From assembly GCA_907165135.1 (NCBI GenBank), contig OU015568.1, forward strand, positions 4,278,001-4,342,000: 64,000 bases of DNA. Reading direction: 5' to 3'. How positions within the stretch are numbered: position 1 is the stretch's first letter; every line of letters begins with the position of its first letter. The notes beneath the pieces are model-generated. The model worked only from the letters and a program-made list of their open reading frames with translations, was not told the origin of the DNA and searched no databases. A program made the position numbers and the translations under genes. This stretch comes from Oikopleura dioica. Taxonomy: Eukaryota > Animalia > Chordata. Positions 1 through 10,694 of this stretch are shown here, one piece after another.

Positions 1-94
1 GAGAGCGTAATTTTTGGAACTATACTGTATGTTTCACACAGTATCAGACTTGAGGTATACCTCTCTCTGAATTTGCGATGAATCATGAAATTAC

Positions 95-2167
95 TTACTT
101 AAGTTTTGTATTATTTTCATTGACCGGAGTCGAGTTGCCTCCTTTTCTGACCATTTTTTCAAGCGCATCAAGTTTTCTGGAAATATACGTCGTCGTTATC
201 GCTGTGTCATCGACCAAAAACTCTTTTTCCAACGATTGACCGACGGTTTCCGTCGACGTTTTCACACGTCGCCATTGCCAGAGAGCGTCGACATATGATT
301 TGTGCGCGTGTCGACGGAGTCGATATCTATTTCATCACGCCGATCAATAATAGAAAAGAATTCAATGAATTACTTGGTAAAAGTCATTCTTCGGGCGAAT
401 CCGTTTCCTCCTTCGTTGTCGCGGTCTTTTTGACGCTGGTAGAATCGCCAAGTCGCTTGAATGAGTTTTGCAGCGGCGTGCCGACGAATCTGATCAGCAC
501 CTGAAAATTTCGAAATGTTTTTGAAGTAAAATTGAATTACAGTAATATTATAAATTTTTTTTAATAAATTTTAAGTAAATATTTTGCAACTCGCGGTAGA
601 ACTGCTTCTGAACAGGCAGCAGATATTATTTTTTCCAGATCAATGTTACTGTTTACAATTTTTGGAAAATGTTCGAACTAAAAACATCGTTATGGTGTTT
701 AATGATAGGCTATCATTGATAGCTTACGTTGTTTTTCTACGGATGCCAAAATCCTCTTCTCATCCGGCGGAATCACCAGCGTATCTGATAAAACTCCAAC
801 GATCAAAGCAGTTTGAAATATTCCCAAGAGAGACAGAAGCGAGATGATGATTCTAGAGAGCCAGTAGCAAGGAGTGAAATCTCCAAAACCGAGATTTGTG
901 ATTGTTACTCCCATCATCCAAACAACATCCGTGTACTCTGAAATTCAAATTATAAGAGTCTTCAAAGAAAAACCCTTCTGAAGAGTTTTGAATTGACGTA
1001 CCCATGCATTTTCCGCGAAGTCGCTCGAGGGCAAAAACAATGTATCCGACGGCAAATACGTTGAATAAGTAAAGCGCCATTAACATGGGAAGCGGTTTCT
1101 TTAGAAAGTAGCTCTAAATAATGCATGAAAAACACTTGATACTTGGATGCCTTCTGACCTTCAGAAGAAAGGTTGAAGACAGCTTCACCGAAGCAACCGT
1201 TTTGAGAATCTCGGTCATTCGATGATATCGCATCGGGTGGTGTTCTCGCATGTACTGAAAAGATTTTAAGCATATTTATGGATGAGGACAAAGAACATAC
1301 CTTGACGATATGATAAAGCCTCGCAAAAGTAACAAGCTGCATTTCTGTCGGAAAAAATTTCGGGAATCCTGGCGGTAAGTGAATGACGCATAATATCAGT
1401 TCTGCATAAAGTGCTCCAGCAAGAGGGGAGAAGAATAAGTTCACTGAGTCCGAAAGATGATGCCTAAAACTTATAACTCGAAAGAATGCTATTTCTTGTC
1501 ACCTGACAACAAGAAGTCTTCTCTCTAACTCGGAGTACCACCAAATCAAGCCGACGGTCAAAACCGTCAAGACGGAAATTGTGACTCTGACTGCAAAAGC
1601 CAGTGCTTTGAAAAAGTGTCGTTTTGTCTGTTGCCCGGGATTGTTTTCGAGGATCGAGCTATTTTGAGTTGCATTTTCGTTCCATGAAAATTGGCATCCA
1701 GGATTTTTTACGACGCAGGTGTCTTCAACCACTCCCACGATGTCGCCCTTTTCTTTGTAGTTGAGTTCTATGTCCAGTATGCTTAATACAGTAATTGAGG
1801 AAATTGAGGGATAAAATAGTGACACCCTTATTTAATCTTTTTTTGTTGAAAAATAGAGCATATGACAAATGAAAGTCTTCATGAAAATTCACAGTCTCTT
1901 TCATACCTGAATACTACTGTAATAACAGCAACAGCCAGTAATGCCGCGCTAGCTTGCCGTAGACTTCTGTAGACTCGAACCTTGAGCAGCTCTTTCCGTT
2001 CAAACTCCGCCACATCTCGCCACTATTCACGGTTTTTTCGATTTCAAAAAACAAGAAAAAAAATGTTCTCTTCCTTGATTTCAAAGAAAAATTTCACAAA
2101 TTTTGAGTAGAAATTATACCTTTTTAAATCTTTCAAGTAGATGGTCGATTTTCGGCTTGACAAACAT
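95..2167 (-). CDS. KCNN: Small-conductance Ca2+-activated K+ channel-like (SK/KCNN family) subunit, multi-exon
   Basis: Hand-spliced exons give S1 (AALLAVAVITVVFSILDIELNY), S2 (ALAFAVRVTISVLTVLTVGLIWWY), LCVIHLPPG (cf. SK CAIHPIPG), S4 (TFARLYHIVK), S5 (LMALYLFNVFAVGYIVFALER), pore (VWMMGVTITNLGFGDFTP), S6 (GIFQTALIVGVLSDTL), a calmodulin-binding-like segment (AAAKLIQATWRFY...YVDALWQWRRVK) and a coiled tail. The start and stop are tentative; the stop at 95-97 overlaps a GTAAGT that could be a donor. Confidence 0.8.
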
Positions 2168-2560
2168 CTCTTAGAAAAAAGAAGTTAGCATCTCTCCAGT
2201 TCTCTTGCAACGGGAGAAATGGGGTCTGAGATTTGGCATAAAGTCGGATCACGATCGAATCCGAAAATAAATTGGAAAATATAAAATCCTCCCAAAGGAC
2301 CAGAATCAGCAGAAAAAATTCGCTCTCTCTTTTTCGTCGAAAAAAACTGAGTTCAAAATATTTAGCAATCGTCGACTGACAAAAAAGGCCTTGGCAATTG
2401 GTGAGGCTTTATTAACCTTTTTTCAAGGGTAATCTTATTTGGTGGTTTCAGAGTTCAAAATAAAAACTAAGGAGTCTATTTTGACATAATCTCAACAAAA
2501 AGGGATGAACCCTATTCGCGATCAACACCATTTTATGACTCATTTTTGACCCTTTTTAGG

Positions 2561-3260
2561 GGGTAGGCTTCATTTCCCCAAGAGCTTCATTTCCCCAGAG
2601 CTTCATCTCCCCAAGACCTTCATTTCCCCAGCCTGGGCAGATGAAGCTCTTGGGGAGATGAAGCTCTGGGGAAATGAAGCTTTAAATTGCGTGGGCAAGT
2701 TGTACTTAGTGTTCAATGGCTGAGCAGGGCTGTGCAACAAAACTTATTTTTCATTAACTTTGAAAGTCTTAAATATGTGTTCATAAAAGAAAAAAGTCTT
2801 TCTTAGCCATCATAATAATGTTTTCCTTCTTTATGAAACGTCGTTCCTTAATAATTATCGCACAATAATCGAGCTTAAGGGGGTGGTGGTCGAAAATTAG
2901 GATTTTTAATAAATGACGATAAATAAAGAAATATAAAAAAAAAACGGTAATATGCGAAGTTTGAACCGGTAACTTTCCATTGTCTAGCAGACTTATTCAA
3001 TAGAAACAGTTTTGATAAAATATTTTGGATACATGTAATTTTTGAAAGATATAACTTGATTTTATTTTATTATTGCAACGAATTCGTGTTCAATACGAAA
3101 AGGATTAATATTTCTCAAAAAATTCTTGAAATTTTCCTTTTTTTTCTTAAATATTTTAAAAGTCGAATAAGAGCTTCATTGGCCGAAGAGCTTCATCTCC
3201 CCAAGAGCTTCATCTGCCCAGGCTGGGGAAACGAAGCTCTTGGGGAGATGAAGCCTACCC
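2561..3260. mobile_element. Mutator/foldback-type MITE (700 bp, 9-bp TSD)
   Basis: TIRs GGGTAGGCTTCAT.TCCCCAAGAGCTTC and GAAGCTCTTGGGGAGATGAAGCCTACCC, built from GAGCTTCATCTCCCCAA-like subrepeats. Perfect 9-bp direct repeat CTTTTTAGG at 2552-2560 and 3261-3269. No transposase. Confidence 0.85.
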
Positions 3261-3277
3261 CTTTTTAGGAGTTGTTT

Positions 3278-3706
3278 TCAAAAAATTGTAAAAAAAGTTT
3301 TCGTACTTGTATTTTTTCTTATGATTTTTGTATTGGACATTCGTCTAGAATTCTCCTCCTCTTCGACAAAAGCCCGACAAATGGAATATCTCCTCAGAAA
3401 ATAGCCATAGCGCAAGTCCGAGTGGGAAATGAGCTCCGACTTGCGCTTGCTGTTTGTCATTCCTCGATAATTGCAAATGGCCATTCTCTGTCGAAAGTAA
3501 TTATTTTTCCGGAGCCGCTTCGATAAAAAGAAATAAAGCACCCAACTACAAGCACACATCAAAAGCAACAACAAGCTATGTATAACTGCCACATAACTAT
3601 TGGAAAAAAAAGAAACGGCGAAGAAGATGCTGAATGCAGAAGATGATACATTATCGGAATATTGGAAATTGTGACAGACGAAAAAATGAGTCTATCTTCA
3701 TCAGAA
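3278..3706 (-). CDS. Putative exon of an unidentified membrane protein
   Basis: Open frame extends upstream of the listed ORF to an AG acceptor and reads ...SAFSIFFAVSFFSNSYVAVIHSLLLLLMCACSWVLYFFLSKRLRK (hydrophobic segments then a basic stop-transfer). No family recognised. Confidence 0.3.
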
Positions 3707-3761
3707 TTTACCTGTTTCTCATGTAAACCCCCTTATTTTCCTTCATCAAATCCGTTAAAAT

Positions 3762-4036
3762 GGGGTTGTCAGGAACACACAAAATATCCCGACATATTTT
3801 GCGTGAAAAATTTCAACCAATTAGAAGCCTGGATTCGGCAAACCGGCCAATCAGAACCCTGGATTTGGCAAATTAGCCAATCAGAAGCCTGGATTCGGCA
3901 AACTGGCCAATCAGAAGCCTGGATTTGGAAAACTGGCCAATCAGAAGCCTGGATTCGGCAAACCAGCCAATCAGAAACCGAGAAGCCGCCCACGCAAAAT
4001 CCCCCGAAATTTTTTTCTCGGTTCCTGACGCCACCC
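3762..4036 (+). mobile_element. MITE carrying a CCAAT-box array (copy 1)
   Basis: Termini GGGGTTGTCAGGAAC and GTTCCTGACGCCACCC. Six ~30-bp units containing CCAAT(C/T)AG, then CGCCCACGC at 3987-3995. Confidence 0.75.
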
Positions 4037-4579
4037 TAAATGGGGACTCTTTATTTGATAAGGGTATCAGTGATACCGTATCACTTACTTTGTAAAACTT
4101 GAATTCCCCTCATAAAAGTTCTTGTTCTTTCTTTTTTTGTCCCTTTCTCTCCTTCAAATGTTTAGCGAAAAAAACGCAGTGGTTGAAAGTGAAGGTGCGG
4201 CATGTTTGAAAATCTGAGATGATCCGGCTGCGGCGAACCTGGCGAAAGAATACAGAAAAACGCTGCTCATCCAGAATAGAAAAACGCGCAGAACAGCTGT
4301 TACTATCCAAATTCAGCATTTTTTGATAGTGAGAATTATTAACTTCGATCTTATGTTTCTTCGATCGCGAATGAGACTATCAGCTTGACGTTAGACGACC
4401 TTGAGTCTACCGACTAAGCATCAGTTAATAAGCTCAAGTCCGAGGAGAAAGTCCGCTGTTACTGTAACTCAAGGACGACCTGTTTAGCAGTTACCGTATT
4501 AACCTAATTTATCGAAGAATTGAAGCTTTTTTATAATAAAAAGAAAAGATTTAGATCAAAAAAGTGCGTTTTGATCATT

Positions 4580-4745
4580 TCGTCAATGTCGAAAAGTCAA
4601 GGAATGTCGGAAATGTCAATAATGTCAGGAGTGTCAGTAATGTCAGCATATATCTGCTATCTTATCCAACTTAGTAAGGGATTTATTTAAGATTTCTATA
4701 AGTGACATTTTTGACATTCTTGACATTCCTAACATTTCTGCCTTA
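4580..4745. repeat. Small imperfect hairpin of degenerate 9-bp repeats
   Basis: (AATGTCRRN)n at 4584-4647 faces (TGACATTYY)n at 4702-4738. Confidence 0.5.
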
Positions 4746-5577
4746 GTCATTATCCCCCTGACAAAAAGAAAAAATAAAGCAAGAAACAAATGATTTTTTC
4801 CTTCGCTCAAAACCGCCTCCTGAAAAAGAAATTTCAACTGCATCAATTATCTTCAACTCTTCAAGTGTTTCTTTGTTGTTCTCTTTTTATTTTCTTCATT
4901 TATGATAATTATTTCTCAGGAAATGTTTCTCGCAAAGGCGCTCCTGGAAAAAAAGCTCACCGAGAAAATCAGGTTTTTTCTCGAAAGCTGATTAGGGCGG
5001 ATGAGCTTGTTAAAAAATCATCGGTTTCTTGCGCACAAGGGGTTCATGAATTAAAAATAAGCTGTACTCAGCTTGGTGAACGAGTGGTTCCAGTTCTTTT
5101 TTAATGTTTGGATGAAAAGATAGTCTTCCTTGAATTTCAAATTCAAAGTCGGAACTCGGATCAAAAATCGATATGAAAAAGAAAAAACACGATTGACAAA
5201 GGGGTTCTTCCGTTTAACGCAAATTTGAGCATCAAAATAAGGGTGTCAACAAAAAAGGTGAAAACTCTTTAACATTAACTCCGAGTTGAAGGGAGACCCT
5301 TAATCAGATTCGGCTTAAAATTTCAAAGACTTACTCATTGGAAATATCGTCAGATCAACAGAGTGTCTTGCTCTTTTCGAGATATCTTCTGAAAGATCAG
5401 ATACTCTTTGACCCTATTTTTTTGTTCAAAAAGGAATATTATTCTTTATCGACTTTCAGAAGTCTAAAAAGGAAAGGACATTGTCTCGGCAAATATGCCA
5501 TTTTAATTTTCATTAATTTGCAATAGGAATTATTGGAAATCATAGCCAACTAACAGTTCTTAAAAATACACGAATCG

Positions 5578-5616
5578 TAACCCTAACCCTAACCGTAACC
5601 CCAACCCTAACCCTAA
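5578..5616 (-). repeat. Interstitial telomere-like repeat (TTAGGG)n
   Basis: The + strand reads TAACCCTAACCCTAACCGTAACCCCAACCCTAACCCTAA, about six CCCTAA units with two variants. Confidence 0.7.
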
Positions 5617-6758
5617 GATTTCTAGAGCTTTTCTTTTTGAACATTTCTGGTGCTGAAATAAGTCTCTTATATCATTCTTCATTTTTTCAGCGAGAAATAA
5701 AAGGAGTTCTCTCCACTTAATTTGTCTAAAAGAAAACTACTGATTCAATTTAACTGAAAACGGACGCGCCGTTTTTTCGGGCAGACTGAGCCATCTCGGA
5801 TAATCGCCAAAAACGCATTTTAGCGGGACTGAAAATCCAGCAACTACAGACGTAGATTTTAAGGGGATTTATCTTTAAACACGCTTGTCAAATTTGGAAT
5901 ACAGTAGATTTTGATCTGTAACTCAATCTTTCTCTGAAAAAAGATAACACGAAGGCCTCAAGATTGGGTTGAAAATTTAATCCAATCAAAGGTCTTTATG
6001 GCACTTAAGAGCCAATAAAAAGCAAAAACGTCGTTTTCACAAAAATTTGACCAATCAAAGCGAAGCTCTCGAATTTTTTGTTTCGACTCTAGAAATCAAC
6101 AGTTTAGGTCAAAAAACCATCGAAATTTCCTCCCTTTTTTACGAAACTCTTAATTTCTAGAGTCAAAACAGAGAAATATTGAGCTGCGCTTTGGTTGGTC
6201 AAATTTTTCGCGTAGGCAAAGTCTTTGCTTTTGATTGGCTCTTGCGTTGGAAAAATCTTGATATAACGGACGATTACCTATTTGATTCGCTATCTTTTTA
6301 CTTACGGACATTATTCGCCGAATTGGTGGAAAAGAAAAAGTTCATTGTTTCGTTGACTTTGTTCTCCCCTCTCTTTTCATTCAGTAAAACAACAGTTCTA
6401 TCTGAACCTTGCATTTTACTCCTCTGAGGCAAGGCAGACTGGAGTAATTAAATTTCTTCTCATCAAGTGGATTTTCGAAAAAGCTCCGATAATCCGGGGA
6501 TTTCTGGTTATTGCAAAATATCGACTTGGTGATTTGGAAGCAAGGACGAAGAAAAAAGGGAGTTTGCCGCTAATTGCTGGCAGGGATGACACTTTGGAAT
6601 GGTCTGAAGGTCGGAGGTCGCGAAGACCGGGCGGGATGGACTTTTTTATCGATAAACCGTTCCTGTCGTGCACGAAGAAAGAACTCTGTCGAAAAGGATC
6701 TCTTTCGTCTTTTTTTAAAAGGCGATTCTTCGCTCTAAATTTTTAAATTTTAAATTAA

Positions 6759-6809
6759 GGGTGTCAACAATGATTTTGGGCACATATTACCCAATCGTTG
6801 TTGACACCC
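6759..6809. mobile_element. Minimal 51-bp hairpin MITE flanked by TTAA
   Basis: TTAA-GGGTGTCAACAA...TTGTTGACACCC-TTAA, with a perfect 12-bp TIR. Confidence 0.7.
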
Positions 6810-7377
6810 TTAAAAAATCAATTAATTTTTGGAAAAAAATTGAGCCCATTTGTCCTTTAAAAATTTTGCGCGGAATGCTTTGCGCCGCGTGGCCCTGGAA
6901 CACGAGCCAATTTTTGTGGTTTTCGAAGAACTCTCTGCTCCAGTTGCTTTTTCGAGCGTCTTTTGTAATTTGCACTGGGTTGGGCATTTTTCTCTGGGCA
7001 CGCGGCGGGTTTTTGCAAATCACGAAACCGGCAAAATCCCCAACAAGGCCGAATCAGATAGATTACAATAGTCGCCCCTACTCTGCCTCAGCTTCGCAAA
7101 GCCGAGGTATATGTATCGCTACGTGAGTTGGATACCTTTCACATTTGTTACGTAATCAAAACTTTTTATTTTCACATATTGTAGGAGTATTTATTTTGGT
7201 TATTTTATTTTTCTGACATTAAAAAATTATTTTAAAAGTGGTATTCCCACGGCACCAGAAAATACTTAATATTTCAGAGTTTGTTCATAATTTTGATTTC
7301 AATTTTTTGCCAGCCTTACCAGCTCTTTTCAGAATTATGGTTTTCATGAGAAAAACTCAAATAGGGGATATTAATTC

Positions 7378-7534
7378 GGGAGGTGTCTGGAACCGACAAA
7401 AAAATTTCGAAAAATTTTGCATGCAAATTTTCAACCAATCAGAAACCTTCATTTGGGCTACCGGCCAATCAGCAACCGAGTAGCCGCCCAAACAAAATTT
7501 GTCGAAATCATTGTTGGTTCCTGACGCCACCCCC
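7378..7534 (+). mobile_element. CCAAT-box MITE (copy 2)
   Basis: GGGAGGTGTCTGGAAC...CCAATCAG x2...GCCGCCC...GTTCCTGACGCCACCCCC-TTAA; homologous to 3762-4036. Confidence 0.7.
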
Positions 7535-8140
7535 TTAATTACCTTGTCTCCATTTTCACAGATAACTGTAACCGTATCAGTTGTATCAGCTGTATTTGCT
7601 CGAAGCATCACCTTTGACATCGACTAGAAATTTATTTTTGAATTTTTGAATTTTTATTTTTGTGTTTTTTTTATGAAAACCTCGTTGAGGATGTCTTTTG
7701 AAAAGATATTCTTGAACGAAAGTCCGGATTTTCTTCGACTCTTTTCGGCCATTTCTTTCTCTCTTTCTCTTTGAAAGAAGCCGAAGGCGACTCTGTCATA
7801 TGAGTAACGTAAAAGTCTTACGAGTATTTCGGACATGTCACATAAGGGTCTGATCGCCAGTTTAAATCAAAGAGAGTCTTACCATTGGAATATCGCAGTT
7901 TTGAAACATGTCTTCCACTTTACGCCGTTCTGACATATTTTCACAGGCTAAATTGCTTGTTATCCTCCGGTCAAAGTTATGGACACCATCTTCTGTCAAT
8001 CAGACTCAGCCGAAAAAAAAGTTCATCGATTTTTTAACGCTAAAAGGTTGAAAAATGGCTTTGTAGAAGATTCATTGAAAATAAAGATTTTTCTAAGGGA
8101 ATTTTTCTTAAGGGGATATCTAAAATGACGGGCTAAAAAT

Positions 8141-8298
8141 GAGGAGGTGTCAGGAACAGACAAAAAATTTCGACTAACTCCGCATTGAAATTTTCAACCA
8201 ATCAGAAGCCTGGATCTGGCTCACCGGCCAATCAGCAGCCGAGGAGCCGCCCACGCAAAATTTGTCGAAATTTTTTGTCGACTCGTGACACCAACCCC
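8141..8298 (+). mobile_element. CCAAT-box MITE (copy 3)
   Basis: GGAGGTGTCAGGAAC...CCAATCAG x2...CGCCCACGC...CGTGACACCAACCCC. Confidence 0.7.
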
Positions 8299-9493
8299 TA
8301 AAATTTTTTTTGTATCAATTTTAAAAATTGATTCTTGACCACTGAAAAGGTAATACCTACGCTAAGGACAAAACTCTGTTACCGTTCTTTATCTTCAATT
8401 TATTTTTTTTCTTCTTGTTCTTTTTTTCTCTTTTTGGTTGTTTTATGTCGACCGTAGAAAGTCCTCTATCTTCGCTCCTGATCGGTCGGATCAAGTGACT
8501 AGCTAAATTAAATTTGACAAGTGAGAAAGTTCGATGAAAACCTCAATCTTCGATAATGTCACATGAACAGTCGATTTTACTTATTTTGGATTCTTCTCTT
8601 GCTCTGCGGATTACTCTCAATGAGATGTTTATGTAAAGCGATAAGCTGCTGTCCGTTTTGGTAGAAGTTTCTGATTGAGAAACTGAATTGATTCATTGCT
8701 CCTCAAAATCAACTGCCTTCAGTTTATCAAAAGAAACTTTTAATCTAAACTCGGCAACCTGTGGAGGAATCCTGTGTCAGAGACCCTGAGTGAGGGTCTA
8801 AAATATAAAAAAGCGAAGCCGCTTTTCGGCTTTATATACTAAAAAGCCGCAACGCGGCTTTTTCATCAAAAAATATTTGCCAATTTTTTTCTATTTTTTT
8901 AGTAAAAAACACCATTTATTGAAATTTTACTCGATATTTCGATTGAACGAATTTTAGATTTCGGGATTGGGATAATCGTCACGTGGAGTGCTTGTTTATA
9001 AACGATCTTTGCGGTCTTTGCTTTCGAGTCTTGAGTCTCGACTCGTATCTAGGTCATTCTCAAAATATCCTTGGATGTATCTGTTTACACGATACAGTCC
9101 TTGCCTTAGCAGCCCTTTTTTAAGCCTGACTCAGGGTCTCGAAACTAAAAGGGTTAAGAGGCACCCTTATTTGACTCCATAAGGATTGCTTCGGGCATTT
9201 TTCTTCTCACGTTTTTCTAGCGCGTTTTTCATCCAAGTTTTTTAGCGAAAAAAGTTTTGTTTCTAAATCCAGTTGTGGATTGACGCAAGTCTATTTATAA
9301 CTTATAAAAATCTGCTGTTTTGATCGCGTGTTTCCACTTTCTAAAATGAGCACCATGCTCAAGAATCTGCTTGGCCAATAACACCGCCTGATAAGCCCGC
9401 CGAGAAGCGCTCAAGAGTTAAATTTTATCAGAAAAAGAAGCAGTCTCCAGAAATTCTGAGAACCGAACTTTATTGACTTAAACTAAGCAGCAT

Positions 9494-10669
9494 ATGTTTT
9501 TATATATTTGTACATTTCTACTTGTAAATGAACTTTTGGCGGAAGTCATTGTAGAGAACTTGAAAGAATGGAACAGAGAATTGAGAAGAGAAGGAGTTGT
9601 TTTGGCGCATTTTAGGACGAAATGGTGCTCCCCTTGCGACAGATTGGAGCGAGAATGGGACAGGAAAGGGTTAAATAATTTGACATTTTGGATTGTGAGT
9701 TCTAGAGCGAGGAGGCAGGAGTCGATAAAAATGCGACATTTTGTGAAAGTTTGAGCCAATCAGATGTCCGCATTCTGCCGTAAGGCCAATCAGTTTTCAG
9801 AAAAAATTGGCTTATTATCGATTTTTTGTCAGCTCATGAAAAATATTTTTAACCGAATGAAAGAGTTCAACAAGGCCCAGGACTGCAAAAATTTCAAAAC
9901 TCCTTTGTCTCGACTGTGACTGTCGACTGTACTGAAAATGAAGAAATCTGCAAAAGATACAATGTCGAAAGTTTTCCGTGCATCATTTCATTCTGTGACG
10001 GAAACAAAATCTTGAAACTCGACGATGATCAGGACTGGAGCATGAAAAAACTATTTGATGAAAAATAAGCTGTTTTCTCACTCCATAAAAAGCCAAGAAC
10101 GACAGAGTCTTTTCTCAAATTTGCCCAAGCTTCGATGGATTTTTTTCACGAAAAAGATGAAGGAGTGGCCTTCAGGTTGAAAAGTAAAGAAGAGCTTGAT
10201 TTCGTTAAGAAATCAAACTATGATACCCTCAATGTTCTTTTTACGCAACATTATGATCTTGAAGGAAAAGCTTCAAAATTTTATCGAATTAGAAAAATTG
10301 AGCCAATCAGAATCCTTTCTTTTATTTCTTGTCCAATCAGCGCTATTTTGAAGCTTTTGAAAAGCAAAGGCAAAATTCGAACAAGTAATGGAGCAAGTCA
10401 ACTTCGCCTTATCTTCAAAAACTCGATTCGTTGTCATGGACTTAGATCTCGTACCGAAAGGGACCTTCAACAGCAAGCCCTTGAGAATTCCTGCTGATAA
10501 AGCGTGGGTCGTTAGCTATCAGAATGGAGTAGAAAAGCGAAGGCAGTCCATTGATGATTTCAATATTGGCGATATGCAAGTGCTGAGAAAATTGGAAGTC
10601 GAAGCGGAGCCAATTTCGAAGATTATTCAAAAGAGGGTTGAAGCGGAAACTCCCCCAGGAAAGAGTTGA
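9494..10669 (+). CDS. Secreted thioredoxin/PDI-like protein (CSPC active site); probably the N-terminal half of a TRX-ZP protein
   Basis: Signal-peptide-like MFLYICTFLLVNELLA, then LAHFRTKWCSPCDRLEREW (WCxxC). A later exon reads VTVDCTENEEICKRYNVESFP (the PDI VDC...C..Y.V..FP motif), followed by non-catalytic TRX-like exons. Confidence 0.7.
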
Positions 10670-10694
10670 TTTTGACTGAGACCTAGTTTTAAAG

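Noticed and set aside
3662-4039. 125-aa ORF with QSEAWIRQTG repeats and its antisense ORF
   Set aside because: Translation of the 30-bp CCAAT repeats of a MITE.
6416-6673. ITPVCLA motif suggesting a trypsin-like protease
   Set aside because: No catalytic His/Asp/Ser motifs (TAAHC, GDSGGP) in any nearby frame.
8810-8870. Rho-independent terminator-like hairpins
   Set aside because: Eukaryotic DNA; the hairpins recur as parts of a repeat family rather than downstream of genes.
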